From positions 1 to 61,604 of IMG/VR virus record IMGVR_UViG_3300043773_000773: 61,604 nt of DNA; one strand, written 5' to 3'. This DNA comes from a virus. Its lineage: Duplodnaviria; Caudoviricetes. Both the position numbers and the translations under genes were made by a program. Each line of letters starts with the position of its first letter. Position 1 is the stretch's first letter. This document shows positions 26,362 to 37,168 of the stretch, piece after piece. The notes beneath the pieces were generated by a model, which searched no databases, was not told the origin of the DNA, and saw only the letters and a program-made list of their open reading frames with translations.

Positions 26362-28475
26362 TCGCAGTCTTCCGCAAAGTCAATTTCGTTGAACGTCTCC
26401 GTGACCGTGCCACGCACGGTGACGATGCCTTCGGCTACGTTGGTATGTTCAAAGCCTAGCGCGCCTCGCGGGCATACGATCATGCCCTCGTTGAAGTCGG
26501 ATGTCGTGAAAAAGGATGTGGCGCAGCAGTCCCAAAACCCGCCTACCCCAAACACGACGGGATGCGTCCCTGGAGGCCCGTTGCTCTCCTGCCAATCCCA
26601 GCCAGGATTGCCAAGCGGAAAGTTTGGCGGCGCGCTGACCGGATTGCCGTTCAGGCATGTCATCAGATATGGGTCTGGGTGCGCCGTCCGGACGGCCAAG
26701 TATCCGTCGCCGCCATTGGCAATGGCTATTCCCGTGACGCGCCCAAAGGTGAGCGCATCGTTCGGGTTGGCGCCCACAGCGACAGCAAAAGCAGCGCCGT
26801 CCCCATTGCTTGGAGCTTCTTGCCGAATGTGCGCCGTCACGTTGGCGACGTACGGCGGCAGCGTGGCGTCTTCCTTGTAATACTTTCCGCCGCCAGCGAC
26901 TGTGCATCCAGTGGGCGTACCCGTGTAGTAGTAATAGGCGCCTCCATCCAGCACCTGCACTCTCTCGATTACGCCCGTGTCTTTGTAGAAGCCGCCGCCG
27001 GAGGTAAGAGCGACTGACTCGACAACGCCGGTATCCAGGACGGTTTGTTTATAAAACGCACCGCCGCCAAAATACTCGTCCTTTCCGACTCCTGTGATAG
27101 CGCCATTCTCATCGACGCTCGATATAAACCACCCGTCTATCGCAACTAGGTAGTACGGAGGTACGTTGTCAAACCCAAGTCCGAATTGCGAATACCAGAA
27201 ATACTCTCCGACCTGATAGCCGCTGCCGCCATCCACAACTGTAATCGCGTCCACGCGCCACGTTTCCTCCGGAGCGCCTCCGTTGCTTGCCATCGTCGCA
27301 GACAGCACTGCGCCGCTGCCTGCGGTGGTGCCGTCAAAACCCCACACGTACGGGGTGAGGAGGGGATTCTCCCGCGCCCCAGTGCCGGTCACAATCGTCC
27401 CGCTCGCAGTTGTCACCTGCGTTCCGTTTGTCACCGTAAACGTGACAGGATCGCCGTTGGAATGGCCCGCGCCGCCGTCAATGACACGCACGCCAGACAC
27501 CCTCCAGAGCTTGTCGCCAAGCGTGCCGAAACCAAACGTCGGCTGGTCGAGGTGCGAAACGTGAAACGAGCTAAGGAGGACAGTCAGGGAGGCGCCGCCT
27601 AGAGTCGTGGCCTCGACGGTCGGCTTTGCGCGCACAGTGCGAACGCGGGCGGAAGCAGCCTCCTGCTCCGTGACGCCTGCTGGATAGCTGAACGTAAGTG
27701 GTTCCTTATCGACGTATCCAGCAGTCTCGCCGTCTACAAGAACGGCACTGACAAGCCATGTGGGGTTGCCCTGCCGCAGGTAGCCGTCCACCGTCGCAGC
27801 GGTAGCCACCGTAAACGTAGCGCCGCTGCCAGTCGTGGCTTCCGCAACAAGAGGAGGTTCTGAGCGCGGCTCAGTGTGTACGATGACGTACGCATAGGCG
27901 TCGGCGTGACTGTGCGGCTGCTGAACGCCCGCTCCCAAGCCAATCGACAGCAGCTCTCCGTTGGAGTATCCTTCGCCTCCGGAACATGACACGCTGGCGA
28001 TCGACCACAGCGGTACGCCACAGGCGTCATACGAGGCCGACAGCGTCGGCGTGAACGTGGCGCCGGACCCGCTCCCGCTCAATGTCAGCGTCGGCGCCAC
28101 CCTCCCGAGCTTGGCGTAGCCGCTTCCGGGAGAGTCAATCACGGCGGCGGTGATCGGCCCCATGTCGGTGCTGAGGTGGCCGGTGGGCGCAGTGACAATC
28201 GCTGTCGCGCCCGTGCCGAAGCACGACGACAGCCTCAGCCAGACGAGCCTCCGGGCGCCGGAGGCGCACCGCACAGTGGCGGAACCCTCGTAGCGATGCC
28301 ACACCTCCTGCTGCTGGTTCGTCCAGGCGTCCTGTTCGAGGTACTCGATGTCCCACGTGAACGTGACGCAGTTGATCGTCTGGCATGGAACGGGAGCCGC
28401 TTGTGCGCAGCAACAGTCGGCCGAAGCGAGCACGCCGTCGCTGGCGAGCAGTGCCTGAGAGGAGGCGACAGGCAT
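26340..28475 (-). CDS. Tail fibre/spike with GxGY repeats
   Basis: 711 aa Gly/Thr/Val rich; repeated GSGA...(I/V)xxGGxGY units; N-terminal CCC. Confidence 0.65.
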   Translation of the reverse strand: MPVASSQALLASDGVLASADCCCAQAAPVPCQTINCVTFTWDIEYLEQDAWTNQQQEVWHRYEGSATVRCASGARRLVWLRLSSCFGTGATAIVTAPTGHLSTDMGPITAAVIDSPGSGYAKLGRVAPTLTLSGSGSGATFTPTLSASYDACGVPLWSIASVSCSGGEGYSNGELLSIGLGAGVQQPHSHADAYAYVIVHTEPRSEPPLVAEATTGSGATFTVATAATVDGYLRQGNPTWLVSAVLVDGETAGYVDKEPLTFSYPAGVTEQEAASARVRTVRAKPTVEATTLGGASLTVLLSSFHVSHLDQPTFGFGTLGDKLWRVSGVRVIDGGAGHSNGDPVTFTVTNGTQVTTASGTIVTGTGARENPLLTPYVWGFDGTTAGSGAVLSATMASNGGAPEETWRVDAITVVDGGSGYQVGEYFWYSQFGLGFDNVPPYYLVAIDGWFISSVDENGAITGVGKDEYFGGGAFYKQTVLDTGVVESVALTSGGGFYKDTGVIERVQVLDGGAYYYYTGTPTGCTVAGGGKYYKEDATLPPYVANVTAHIRQEAPSNGDGAAFAVAVGANPNDALTFGRVTGIAIANGGDGYLAVRTAHPDPYLMTCLNGNPVSAPPNFPLGNPGWDWQESNGPPGTHPVVFGVGGFWDCCATSFFTTSDFNEGMIVCPRGALGFEHTNVAEGIVTVRGTVTETFNEIDFAEDCECPNQFP

Positions 28476-28484
28476 GGAATGCCC

Positions 28485-29939
28485 CTAGTACGACGGGCTG
28501 GGCGCAGGGCAGTTGTCCACTGCGATAACAACGCCGATGTTTCTGTTTCGGCACGCGCCAGTCAGTTCAATGCGCCCTGGTCGCTCGCCAGTCGGCATGC
28601 CAGACTGCAACTGCACGGAGCCTCCGGTGATGCGCTGACCAAGATCAGAACAGCCCACGCCCCCGCTGGCTGACAGGATGTTGCCGAATGCGTCAGGAAA
28701 CGGAAGCGCCCACACGACGCGCTCCGTCCACTCAATCCCGCCGCTGCCGTCGGACTGGAGCGGGCTGTCGGGAAACTCAGGCTCTGCCGCCACAGTTCGC
28801 AGTAATTTCGTAGACACCCAGCGCGTGCAGCCGCCTTGCTGCACAAGCACCTGCGGCGCGTTTTCGTCGCCTCCAGCTATTTGGCCGACGCCTACCTCAA
28901 AGTTTTCTGGCAGCAGCCCCTCTCGCGTGATCTCGGCGCCGTGATGCCCTGACGATTCGCCGCAGCCGATCTCGGACTCCACGACGGCCCAGTCTCCGTT
29001 CGCGTCCTGTGCGATCGCCACGAACTGGCCGGGCCGAATGTAGCGGAACGGGTTCTGGACATCCGGAATCGGGTCGCCCTCAATCGCCACCCCGTGCTGC
29101 TCCCATGTCATCGGGTCTTCAGGGTCGTCAAATGGGCCAGGGACCATCTGGTACTGGCGGAAGGACGCCCGCTCGTCCTTCTCCCACTCGTCAAGGTCGT
29201 CGCGCTTGCCGATGATGATCGGCGCGGTGATGCTGACGCCATCCCCAGCGGCCGGAATCGGCACGAGCCGTCTGGTGGGCTGGCCTATCGTCCATGCGTC
29301 GATTTCCTGATACGTGACGACAAGGCCGCGACCCGGCTGATGCTCGATGCCAGTCACGACCTTCGTGCGGCTGATGTTGACCATCTGGAGCTTCCACACC
29401 GCTTCGGCGTCACGCTCCTCGATCCAGAGCCTGACGCGACCGTCATCGCGACCACCGCACTCGGCGCGTAGCGTCTTTCCGCGCAGCGTGTTGGTGGCCG
29501 GGTCAGCGAACAGGCACGGGCCGTCGTGCCTCACGTTGAGGTCGATCTTGGTCGCATCGCCTATGCCGTTGGCTGAGGTATAGGCGCCGCCAGCCACGCG
29601 AAACGCATCTGGCGACTGCTGCGGAGATACGGTAATGAGAACGTCAGGCTCTGGGACAGGAGCGGCGCGCTCCTCGCCGTCCGGAGTAAGCCGCCTGCGA
29701 TGGTCTGGGTCTTGCCGCTTGAAATCTAATTCCTTGAATACGTGGCGGCGCTTGTCAGCATCCACCATGCGCATGGACTTCGGCGTGCGGTCATGTTCGA
29801 TCACGCCCTCATGGCGCATTGTCTGCGCCGCGTTGCCCAAGATGTTGGCAATCGTTGCGGCCTGCGCGGAAGGCATGCCAGCCGCCTCTAGCGCGCCGCG
29901 AATCTGGCTGTTCTGTAGGCTGAACGAACTCACGCTCAC
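28485..29939 (-). CDS. Putative tail protein
   Basis: 484 aa, between nozzle and fibre genes. Confidence 0.55.
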   Translation of the reverse strand: MSVSSFSLQNSQIRGALEAAGMPSAQAATIANILGNAAQTMRHEGVIEHDRTPKSMRMVDADKRRHVFKELDFKRQDPDHRRRLTPDGEERAAPVPEPDVLITVSPQQSPDAFRVAGGAYTSANGIGDATKIDLNVRHDGPCLFADPATNTLRGKTLRAECGGRDDGRVRLWIEERDAEAVWKLQMVNISRTKVVTGIEHQPGRGLVVTYQEIDAWTIGQPTRRLVPIPAAGDGVSITAPIIIGKRDDLDEWEKDERASFRQYQMVPGPFDDPEDPMTWEQHGVAIEGDPIPDVQNPFRYIRPGQFVAIAQDANGDWAVVESEIGCGESSGHHGAEITREGLLPENFEVGVGQIAGGDENAPQVLVQQGGCTRWVSTKLLRTVAAEPEFPDSPLQSDGSGGIEWTERVVWALPFPDAFGNILSASGGVGCSDLGQRITGGSVQLQSGMPTGERPGRIELTGACRNRNIGVVIAVDNCPAPSPSY

Positions 29940-32893
29940 CCTCCCTCTACGTCCAGGCGGTAGAACTCCACAGGGGCGGCGTTCTTGCGTGCGCCCAGCA
30001 TCTCGACGGCCACGTGCCTGTCGGCTGACGCAATGTCATCCATCGTGCGCCCGGCCAGCATGGCTTTGGCAACGCCCGTGTCGTAGCCATAGCGCACGGT
30101 GAGAGCGGCCATGTCCAGGCGGGCGGCGTTGTCAACGGTGTCATACGAGAATCCCACGCCACGCGATCGAGGGGCGACGTTTGGGCGCGGGTGAGGGGCG
30201 TTGTTGTAGTAGGTGCGCAGGGACAACTCACATGCAGACGGCTGCGGCTTGTACAAAAGGCTCACGCCACGCGGGTGCTGCGCCGCCGCCTTCGGATCGT
30301 CGGAGTCGCTCGGATATGCCATGCAGCCGCTCTTGAAGCGGTACGTGGGGTACATCGGGTCGGCCTCGCCCGCCACCGAGAACGTGGCGACGGCCTGCGT
30401 TCCGTTCGGGTCGTCTGGCGGCGATATGGACAGGGAGCCAGGGGCATACCCGAATCCGGGATTGGTGATCCACACAGCGGACAGCGACCCGGACGAATCG
30501 ACAGATGCCTGGAACGTCGCCCCAACGCCGCCGGTCGCCGTCACGACTGGGGGCAGCTTGTATCCCGTGCCGCGATTAGTCAGCACGACGGACTCTACAG
30601 AGCCGTCCCCAACGTCGACCGCCCCCTCGTCAAGAAGGAATGCACCGTGCGGCGTGGCGTACGCGCAGCGAAAGTCTCCGCTGGCGAGTCGCACGTGGGC
30701 AGCGCTGCGCACCTGCGTTGGGTACGACTCGATCCACCACGCCTTGCTTGCGATGCTGTAGCAAAGAGCCTTTGTGGCGTACCCGTCCTGCTCCTCCCGC
30801 GAGTCGTCACCCTTGAACGCCACAAAGGCGCGCAGCGTGCTGGCGGCGTGATCGACAACAACGAAGGGCCAGTCCGATTTGCTGAAGTCGATCCGGTCGT
30901 TGAAGATGTCGTCTATGGCGTCCGACAGTGGCTCAACGCCTCCTGACGGCGCCAGCGCATACACGCCGTACTGATCCATGACATAGCACACGCCATTGTG
31001 GATGTCCCAGCAGCGCTGGTTGAGCGCACCCCTGTAGGCGATCGGCGCAACCTGCGCATCGAGAACGGGCTGCTTGGAAAACGACAGGGAGTAGGCGTGC
31101 CGCGACTGCATTAGCAGGAGTGTCGGGCCAAACGGAATCAACGCCCGCAGGCTGTCCGCTTGGGCTGCATTCTGCTGGATGACAAGCTCGTTGGACTCCG
31201 GCACGCTCTCTGGCTCATCCACTTCAGAGAACAAGACGGTGTTCGGCTGGGCGCCTCCAGTGTCGACGCCGTACCAGAACCGGTCTTGGAACCTGACGAC
31301 CACTGCCTTGTCTGACGGAGGCGGCGTGAACCGATTGGCGTTGATCTCGCCGTTCGGCAGCACGATCGGCATGGCGGCGTATCCGGCGCGGTCTGGGTCG
31401 CGCAACTCTTCGTCTGTCAGCGAGTCCACGAACGACGCCGCAGAGGTCGATGTGACTCGGTATAGCGTCGTGGCCTGATTGCTGCTGGTGCGCCACAACT
31501 CCACAAGTGCGGCGCGACCGGTGACGGCTGGCACGGACCATGTCATGCTCCGCGCGCCCTCTCCTGCGTCGACCTCTCGCACCGGACTCAGGCTGCTCGG
31601 GATCGGTCCCCCGCTGCCCTCTGGCGTGGCGTCAACGAATCGGGTGTAGCACTGATACTTTCCGCGCAAGTGCGGGCGAGCGACCACAAACGCCTCTGCG
31701 CCTCCGGAGACGGCCGTGACCGTCGGAGGGAGCCGGTAGCCGCCACCGCTGTTCTCAAGCTTGACGGAGGCGATCGCGCCTCCGGCGACTGTGCATGTCG
31801 CATACGCGCCAAAGCCGGTGTCGCTGGCGATCGAAATGGCCGGTGCGACGACGTATCCGCTGCCGCCAGACAGAATATCCAGCTTGGCGAGGGAATGGCC
31901 GCGAGACATCGTGTTCTTGGGGTTGCTGGCGGCGTACCCCTCGATGACGACCTGCGCCTCCTCGCCGTAGATCGAATCTATCGTGACCCTGATGTCTTCT
32001 GTTGCGCCATAGCCTGCCCCCCACATGTGTGGCTCTGCCGACTCAAGCTCGGTGGCGCCATACCACAGGCTGGCGCCGTTGCCGAGCGGCCCAGCGCACG
32101 TGTTGTACCACACTGCGCCATCCCAGCGCAGTCGCAGGACGGCGCCTGTACCAGCCGTCACGCCAGAAACCGTATAGGTGATGCTCTGCGTGAAGAACTC
32201 GGCCGGTGGGTTGCACGGGTCGATGGTGCCAAGCGCGCCGCGCTTGCGGACGTAGGCCGAGCCTGCCTCTACGGTGAACGTCCCGTTGCCGTCAATCGGA
32301 AGGTCGATATTGACGCAGTTGGTTGCCGCGAAGCGGGCGACATCGCCAGAAGGGCAGTTCAGCACTGGGTTCGTGCCAGCAGGCTGTTCGACAATCTCCC
32401 ACTGCGTGATGCCGGTGTATGGGCTCCCGCGCTTCGGGTCCGGGTCTGCTGGTCCGGCGAGGGTGGCCTTGATGTTGGCGCCAGAACCGTGCGTGGCGCT
32501 TAGTGTCGCGGAGGGGGGCTCCGGGTAGCCCTTCCCGCCATCCTGCACGGCAATCTCGTACACGCCACCCTGGCTGAGGTACGCCAGAGTCTTGGCCTCG
32601 CGGCCTCCGTTGGCAACAGCGGCCGCACCGCCAGACAGCGTCACGACGGGCGGCTTGTTGTAGCACGCGCCCGGCTTGGAAACGTCAACCCGCGCCACGT
32701 AATACAGCGGCAGCGAGTTGAGAGCAATCGTTGGGGCGGCGACCGGCTTGTTCATGCCTGCGTCAACGGCCGCGCCAACGCCAGACCAGCGCGCGGGGCG
32801 AACGCCGCCGCCCTGCACGAGGATGACCTCGCCGTACCTGCCCTGCGCGGCGGTGATCGGCTTTGAGCCGTTGAATCGCGTCGTGACGGTCAT
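29936..32893 (-). CDS. Tail nozzle (P22 gp10/T7 gp12-like) with GxGY repeat insertions
   Basis: Beta-propeller-type segments (FQDRFWY, VLFSEVDEPES); GKGY/GSGY/GGGY/GTGY/GFGY repeats. Confidence 0.7.
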   Translation of the reverse strand: MTVTTRFNGSKPITAAQGRYGEVILVQGGGVRPARWSGVGAAVDAGMNKPVAAPTIALNSLPLYYVARVDVSKPGACYNKPPVVTLSGGAAAVANGGREAKTLAYLSQGGVYEIAVQDGGKGYPEPPSATLSATHGSGANIKATLAGPADPDPKRGSPYTGITQWEIVEQPAGTNPVLNCPSGDVARFAATNCVNIDLPIDGNGTFTVEAGSAYVRKRGALGTIDPCNPPAEFFTQSITYTVSGVTAGTGAVLRLRWDGAVWYNTCAGPLGNGASLWYGATELESAEPHMWGAGYGATEDIRVTIDSIYGEEAQVVIEGYAASNPKNTMSRGHSLAKLDILSGGSGYVVAPAISIASDTGFGAYATCTVAGGAIASVKLENSGGGYRLPPTVTAVSGGAEAFVVARPHLRGKYQCYTRFVDATPEGSGGPIPSSLSPVREVDAGEGARSMTWSVPAVTGRAALVELWRTSSNQATTLYRVTSTSAASFVDSLTDEELRDPDRAGYAAMPIVLPNGEINANRFTPPPSDKAVVVRFQDRFWYGVDTGGAQPNTVLFSEVDEPESVPESNELVIQQNAAQADSLRALIPFGPTLLLMQSRHAYSLSFSKQPVLDAQVAPIAYRGALNQRCWDIHNGVCYVMDQYGVYALAPSGGVEPLSDAIDDIFNDRIDFSKSDWPFVVVDHAASTLRAFVAFKGDDSREEQDGYATKALCYSIASKAWWIESYPTQVRSAAHVRLASGDFRCAYATPHGAFLLDEGAVDVGDGSVESVVLTNRGTGYKLPPVVTATGGVGATFQASVDSSGSLSAVWITNPGFGYAPGSLSISPPDDPNGTQAVATFSVAGEADPMYPTYRFKSGCMAYPSDSDDPKAAAQHPRGVSLLYKPQPSACELSLRTYYNNAPHPRPNVAPRSRGVGFSYDTVDNAARLDMAALTVRYGYDTGVAKAMLAGRTMDDIASADRHVAVEMLGARKNAAPVEFYRLDVEGG

Positions 32894-32910
32894 GGCGGCA
32901 CTGCCCTCTT

Positions 32911-33282
32911 CTAGTCAGACGAGGCGCCAGAGCGTCCGTCCCTGTATCGCATGGTGTAGGACGTAGCCACCTGTCCAAGTGGCGCAGACAAAGTCGGCTC
33001 TGATGGCGCTGGTAGCTCGGTGCCGCGATCAGGCGCGCCGTGAGCGGTAACTGCGCCGCTGTCGCTCATGCAGAGCAAGATCGGCAGGCCAGCAACATCG
33101 ACGGACACGATGTCGGCGAGGCTCGATACGGGCGGGGACACAGAGACTGGCCTCATGCCCCCGCGCACGCGAAGTACGCCCGGAACATTCACGCCGACGT
33201 TGACTTGCTCGACGGCGGCGCCAATCGGAACGACAAACGGGCTGGCGTTGGTGACGAGCCCGCCCCACGAATCTGCTCGCAT
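32911..33282 (-). CDS. Separate N-terminal module of nozzle-like protein
   Basis: WGGL..NASP..A..Q.N...PG.L.VRGG resembles nozzle N-termini. Confidence 0.55.
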   Translation of the reverse strand: MRADSWGGLVTNASPFVVPIGAAVEQVNVGVNVPGVLRVRGGMRPVSVSPPVSSLADIVSVDVAGLPILLCMSDSGAVTAHGAPDRGTELPAPSEPTLSAPLGQVATSYTMRYRDGRSGASSD

Positions 33283-33285
33283 CGG

Positions 33286-34206
33286 TCAGCCCCCAGTGTC
33301 AGGACCGCTCGGCGAGTAGTACCCCAGTGCCTGCGGCGTTCCGAATGACACGGCGTCGATGTCCGGGTAGCGGCCAACGCCAGACCTGCGCCCAGACATC
33401 GGCGCAATCGTGTCTGCTTCAAACGCCATGCGCAGGTCGCGGTTGTAGACGGCGAGCGCGCCCTCCACGTTCTTCCCGGCCATCTTCGCCAGCCAGACCT
33501 CAGCGCCAGACAGCACGGCACTGAACATCGACGGCGACACATCGAGATAGTCGCTCACGACAGTCTTCGCGTCCTCTGGAGGCGTGCCGATAAGGCTGTT
33601 CGCCAGCCCGAGAATCTCCTCTGCCGTATACGGGTTGATGCCCGCCATTCCCTCAGGGTGCGTGGTCGCCGTTCCGTACCGCACGACAGCGCCGGGAGCG
33701 GTTTCGTCCGTGAGCGATCCGTCTCGGCATACGTCCTCGAAGCCCATGTACTTCAGGGGCTGTGGCAACCGCCGATACGTGATGTAGTACGTCTCGGTCG
33801 GGTCGATGGTGGCGCTGGTTCCAGCCACAAGAAGCTGCCAGCGGTCTGGCTTGGCCTCCGACTTCACTACCGTCCAGAACACCGGATGCCCTGACGCAAC
33901 CATCCCGGACTCAAGCCTCCTGTACTCATTGGGCGTGACGTACACCGCACGGTTGGTGCGATCGGGGAGGATCAGGCCATCTACGTTCTTGACGTTGGCC
34001 GGGAGCAAGAAAGCCTTGTTGTCGCTCCCTCCGATAGCTGCCGGAAGAGTGGCTTCCGTCGAGAGCCAGTTCCAGTCGCGAGCGTGCATCACATCACGGT
34101 AGGCGTGATGGGCCGCAGCGCGCAGAAGCCGATGCTCCGAGTCCTGCGCCCCGCCGCCGACGGAGTTCATCAGGTACTCAATGATGTCTTGCGCTGCGTA
34201 GTACAT
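33286..34206 (-). CDS. Head-tail adaptor (P22 gp4/T7 gp11-like)
   Basis: Helical N-terminus ending RDWNWL, LPANV, ITYRR; upstream of the nozzle. Confidence 0.6.
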   Translation of the reverse strand: MYYAAQDIIEYLMNSVGGGAQDSEHRLLRAAAHHAYRDVMHARDWNWLSTEATLPAAIGGSDNKAFLLPANVKNVDGLILPDRTNRAVYVTPNEYRRLESGMVASGHPVFWTVVKSEAKPDRWQLLVAGTSATIDPTETYYITYRRLPQPLKYMGFEDVCRDGSLTDETAPGAVVRYGTATTHPEGMAGINPYTAEEILGLANSLIGTPPEDAKTVVSDYLDVSPSMFSAVLSGAEVWLAKMAGKNVEGALAVYNRDLRMAFEADTIAPMSGRRSGVGRYPDIDAVSFGTPQALGYYSPSGPDTGG

Positions 34207-34230
34207 GCCACCTCCATCCTGCCGTCAGGA

Positions 34231-34563
34231 CTAGCCCTTCACGCTAATCCGGATGGAAGCCGTGCCTGCGTTCGTGACCGCCACGATGTACGGCGCAGCG
34301 AACGCCTCGTCAGGGATGGCGTACGCCCGACTCGCCACAATAGCCGTTGTCACGGCACCGCTGCTGTTGTGGAGCGGCTGCGGGGTGGCTTCTGGGTTGA
34401 AGGCAACGTGCCACGCCAGCGTCGTGGCGCCGCCAGCCACCGAGTCCACGATGAAGACGCCGCCACCGGCCGCTCCGAAAGGAACCTTTGGGCTGGTGCT
34501 GGCAGATGCCGTGACCGTGATCTGACTGGTGACGGAGTTCAGCCGCTCGATCTTATTGGACAT
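34231..34563 (-). CDS. Small beta-rich structural protein
   Basis: 110 aa, coupled. Confidence 0.6.
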   Translation of the reverse strand: MSNKIERLNSVTSQITVTASASTSPKVPFGAAGGGVFIVDSVAGGATTLAWHVAFNPEATPQPLHNSSGAVTTAIVASRAYAIPDEAFAAPYIVAVTNAGTASIRISVKG

Positions 34564-35123
34564 TACTTCTTCCTTTTCCAGTGGGGAACGATGCGGTCCT
34601 TCACCTTTTCGACCGCTTCCCCACGCTTGAGCTTGGGGTTTGCCTTCATCTCCTCGCGAACATGCTCGCGGAGGATGCGGGGGTTGATGTCGACTTCCTT
34701 CGGCGGCCCCTTCTGCGGAGGCACGTAGTCGACAATGCCGTGAACCTCGAGGTCGCGCTTCTTGGCGACACGCAGAACATCACCGGCCGAGTCGACCCAC
34801 GCTTCCGGGTCGAGGTGCGCCCGCTTGTCGGCAAGCCCGCCCATGTAGAAGCGGCCGGAGGTGTTGATGCCAGCCGCCTGCGCCTGCTGGACGAGCAGGG
34901 CCGCCTGCTTCTTGGGCATCCCGTTCAGCCACTCGCCAGCGTATCGGCCCTGCATGAACGCCCGGTCGGTGCCGCGAGTTCCAGGCGGCGCGCGCAGAGC
35001 GCACATCTCGGCAAAGCGGGGGTTCTGGCCGTCCTGCACCATGCGGACGTAGTGCGACCGCACCTCCGAAGAGGCTCTGGCGATGTCCGGCGGAAGCTCG
35101 ATCGTGTCGCTCATGGCACCCAT
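34563..35123 (-). CDS. Hypothetical protein downstream of portal
   Basis: 186 aa ORF (alternative start 35114). Confidence 0.7.
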   Translation of the reverse strand: MGAMSDTIELPPDIARASSEVRSHYVRMVQDGQNPRFAEMCALRAPPGTRGTDRAFMQGRYAGEWLNGMPKKQAALLVQQAQAAGINTSGRFYMGGLADKRAHLDPEAWVDSAGDVLRVAKKRDLEVHGIVDYVPPQKGPPKEVDINPRILREHVREEMKANPKLKRGEAVEKVKDRIVPHWKRKK

Positions 35124-35137
35124 AGGTTTGTGTCCCG

Positions 35138-37168
35138 TCAGCCCTGCATTTCTGGCGGCACCTGCGGAACGTCGGTCGGTGGTGCATCTGGCGGCGGTCC
35201 AGCCTCAGGAGGCACCCCACCCGCCCCCTCCGCACCAGCAGGCGGTCCCGGAGGCGTCCCTTCCGGCGGCTGCGGCGCAGGAGGGGGCGGGATCAGATAC
35301 GGCTTGGCGTCAATATCGAGGCTGTCGGCCCAGTCGGTAATGAGCGCGTTGAGCGGGTCCACAACGCCCATCGGCACCAGCCCTTGCAGAATCGGACCCA
35401 GCGTCTGGAGGGCCGCCTGCATCTGCTCGACGCGGGTTGCCTTGTTGGGCTTCCTGGCAGACCCCGCCTCGATCCGGTACTCGAACTCTCGTGCCAGGAT
35501 CGCCGGGTCCAGCGGCTTGACATGCTGCGCCCATGCCGCAGCGCCAAGCGGGCCGATGATCGGCTCCACATCCGTCGGCTCCAAGAGCCAGCGGGCCGCA
35601 AACGCCTCCCTGCGAGCCAGCAGGCTCATGGCGTCTTCGAGCCGGTTTGCCATGTCGTCCGGCCTGACGCTCAGTTGCTCGGCCTTCACGGTCGCCTCTG
35701 TGGCGCTCCGTATCTGGCTGGAGGTCATGGCGTAGGCGAGTTCGGTGAGTCCGACACGCTTGTCGAACATCGCCGTCACAGCCTCCAGAATCTTCCACAA
35801 CTCCGGCGACACCTCCGGAAGCTGGAACACCGAGATGAGGTCGTTCACGCTGCGGCCAAGAGTCTCGCTGATCTCCACGACCTTGAAGCCCTTCTCGGAC
35901 CCAGACAGGATTTGATCCTTGATGTCTTGGTCGGCGGCCTTGCTCACGCCAAGCAGCGTCTCGCAACTCACGGCCACGCGCTGGGCGATGAACGACAGCG
36001 CAAAGTTGATGAACCGAAGCTCGCCGATGCCCGGCTTGATGTGCGAAATCGGCCAGATGTATCCCGGCTTGCGGTGGAAGTCGAGCGGCACGAACGGCCA
36101 GCCATTGGCCTCTGTCCAGAACGGGATCGGCCACTGCACCGAGCGGAACAGGTCTGGCGGAACGCCAGCCGACTCGTCGACCGGAGCCTCTAACATCGAC
36201 GGCGGCATGTTGAGCGGGAAGTCCACGCCCTCGCACACCACGACGTAGCAGTTCTCGCCAAGCCCGTCGAAGGCGCCGACAAGGTCTTTCGGCATGTCCT
36301 TCAGCCGGTCGCCAAGCCCCGTCTTGCTCCAGACCTTCCAGTACGTGACAAGCTCGTTGCTCTTGCCAACGCGGCGGCCCTTGTACTGGGCGTCATCGTC
36401 GCCGAACACCTGATGGTCGGCGTCGGCGTCGATTGGCTTGACGCCCTCCAAGTGGCCCTTGAGTTGGTCGCGGTCCAAGCCGTACTGGCGAGCCACAACG
36501 TCGATCGGGTGCGTGCAGCGCCGGGCGCACCACGTGATGTCCTCGATCTCGGTGGCGTCCGGGTCCATCGTGAAGTTGTCGACGCTGTCGGCAAACGACC
36601 CCACGAGAGCCATGTTGGTGCCGGGAAGCTGGACAAGCTCCGTCCACCACACGCCCATGCCCTTGATGATCGCCTCGTCCACGACCCGGCGGCTGTGCGT
36701 CTTGAGGTCAAGCTCGTTCGGCGTGTAGTTGAGGTATCGCTCCATCAACAGCGCCGCAACTTTCCTCACCTCCGACAGTTGCATCGTCTGCTGCGCGGCC
36801 TGCTGGTACGCCATCATGCTGGCGTCGTCCATCACGCCTACAACCTCCGGCGTCACAAACGGGTACCTCGCGGGCGTCACGTTCCGAACCGGATTGCGGT
36901 GGTAGATCACGCTGCCGAACAGCTTGACGGCCTCGAACACGCGGTTGCACTGCATGCGAAACGCCGGAGGCGCGATCGTGCGGTTGTAGCCGTACTCGTG
37001 CTTGGCGTACGTGTCTTTCCAGAACCAGTTGTGAGGACCGTCAAAGAACGACATCGCCTCCTGCGCATCCTGCGTGAAGGGGCGCTTGTGCTTCAGAGAC
37101 AGTTCGATCTTCTTGATCCAGCCCTGCGCAATGGCGCGCAGGGCGTCCTCACCCGTTCTTGGTTCCAC
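35138..37168 (-). CDS. Portal protein
   Basis: About 680 aa after TerL; DEAIIKGMGV, SATEA motif, Pro-rich tail typical of P22-like portals; GTG 37168 (ORF open to 37192). Confidence 0.85.
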   Translation of the reverse strand: MEPRTGEDALRAIAQGWIKKIELSLKHKRPFTQDAQEAMSFFDGPHNWFWKDTYAKHEYGYNRTIAPPAFRMQCNRVFEAVKLFGSVIYHRNPVRNVTPARYPFVTPEVVGVMDDASMMAYQQAAQQTMQLSEVRKVAALLMERYLNYTPNELDLKTHSRRVVDEAIIKGMGVWWTELVQLPGTNMALVGSFADSVDNFTMDPDATEIEDITWCARRCTHPIDVVARQYGLDRDQLKGHLEGVKPIDADADHQVFGDDDAQYKGRRVGKSNELVTYWKVWSKTGLGDRLKDMPKDLVGAFDGLGENCYVVVCEGVDFPLNMPPSMLEAPVDESAGVPPDLFRSVQWPIPFWTEANGWPFVPLDFHRKPGYIWPISHIKPGIGELRFINFALSFIAQRVAVSCETLLGVSKAADQDIKDQILSGSEKGFKVVEISETLGRSVNDLISVFQLPEVSPELWKILEAVTAMFDKRVGLTELAYAMTSSQIRSATEATVKAEQLSVRPDDMANRLEDAMSLLARREAFAARWLLEPTDVEPIIGPLGAAAWAQHVKPLDPAILAREFEYRIEAGSARKPNKATRVEQMQAALQTLGPILQGLVPMGVVDPLNALITDWADSLDIDAKPYLIPPPPAPQPPEGTPPGPPAGAEGAGGVPPEAGPPPDAPPTDVPQVPPEMQG

